Shown here: in pieces, positions 15,558-16,049 of the stretch
How positions within the stretch are numbered: the stretch's first letter is position 1
How the letters are laid out: each line of letters opens with the position of its first letter
NCBI GenBank assembly: GCA_037441385.1
Contig: JBBISH010000135.1
Span: 1 to 16,049 of the forward strand
Direction of reading: 5' to 3'
Length of the DNA stretch: 16,049 nt
Origin: Myxococcales bacterium
GTDB lineage: Bacteria; Myxococcota_A; UBA9042
Made by a program: the position numbers and the translations under genes
Notes under the pieces: model-generated
The model's input: only the letters and a program-made list of their open reading frames with translations
Database searches by the model: none
Told to the model about the DNA's origin: nothing

Positions 15558-16049
15558 CTACTTAGGATCCTGCTGCAGGATCTTGAACTCGACGCGACGG
15601 TTCTTGGCCGCATCTTCCGGCGTCACTTCCGGCGTGATCAGGGGCTTGGTCATGCCCCACGCCTTGGTGGTCAGCCGCTTCTTGTCGATGCCGGCCTTGA
15701 TGAGGAACTTCATCACGGCCGTGACGCGACCTTGCGACAGCTTCATGTTCGGACCGGGCTTGCCGTGCAGGTCGGTGTGGCCCTCGACGCTGACCAGCTT
15801 GATGCGCGGGTATTCCTTCAGCACCTTGGCCACTTCGGTGAGCAGCGGGAAGCTGTCTTTCACGATGACCGACTTGTTGAACACGAAGTTCACCTGCTGC
15901 AGGATCACCAGCGCGTCATCCGTGACCTGCACCGCGCTATCCGGGCAGCCGTCCTCGTCTTGGTACGAGTTGACGGTCTCGGGCTCGGTCGGGCACTTGT
16001 CCACGCCCTTGCACTTGGCCTTGTACTTGTCTTGCAGGCCTTCGGCGGC
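15558..16049 (-). CDS. C-terminal part of an OmpA family protein with thrombospondin type 3-like repeat(s) (5' end outside window)
   Basis: Frame open to the window edge; DKCPTEPETVNSYQDEDGCPD followed by VNFVFNKSVI...VEGHTD...NMKLSQGR...WGMTKP...KNRRVEF. Confidence 0.9.
   Translation of the reverse strand, partial: AAEGLQDKYKAKCKGVDKCPTEPETVNSYQDEDGCPDSAVQVTDDALVILQQVNFVFNKSVIVKDSFPLLTEVAKVLKEYPRIKLVSVEGHTDLHGKPGPNMKLSQGRVTAVMKFLIKAGIDKKRLTTKAWGMTKPLITPEVTPEDAAKNRRVEFKILQQDPK

Overview
GC-rich bacterial window; the Cys-rich EGF, Sel1-like and TSP3-OmpA secreted proteins suggest a Myxococcota-like organism (inference). Plus strand: 3' end of a Ca-EGF/Cys-rich protein, an S46 dipeptidyl peptidase, a lipoprotein with a probable beta-sandwich domain, a HisKA_3 sensor kinase with a periplasmic CxxCH motif, its NarL-type regulator, and an OmpA-domain gene with one internal TAA. 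Minus strand: a small Asp/Ala-rich lipoprotein, a PAS-GAF-PAS-PAS hybrid kinase with REC and HPt, a Cys-rich Sel1-like repeat protein, and the 3' end of a TSP3-OmpA protein. The most interesting signals are non-coding. (1) Two diverged copies (about 74% identical by hand) of a 132-134 bp double-hairpin element are each flanked by TGA direct repeats. One copy sits in the overlapping stop/start junction of the two-component pair and appears to have re-created translational coupling. (2) 7726-8117 is a three-level nest: a TIR element containing an inverted REP-like pair, one arm of which carries a 99 bp MITE with a CCTG target duplication. No transposase, rRNA, tRNA or CRISPR array was recognised.
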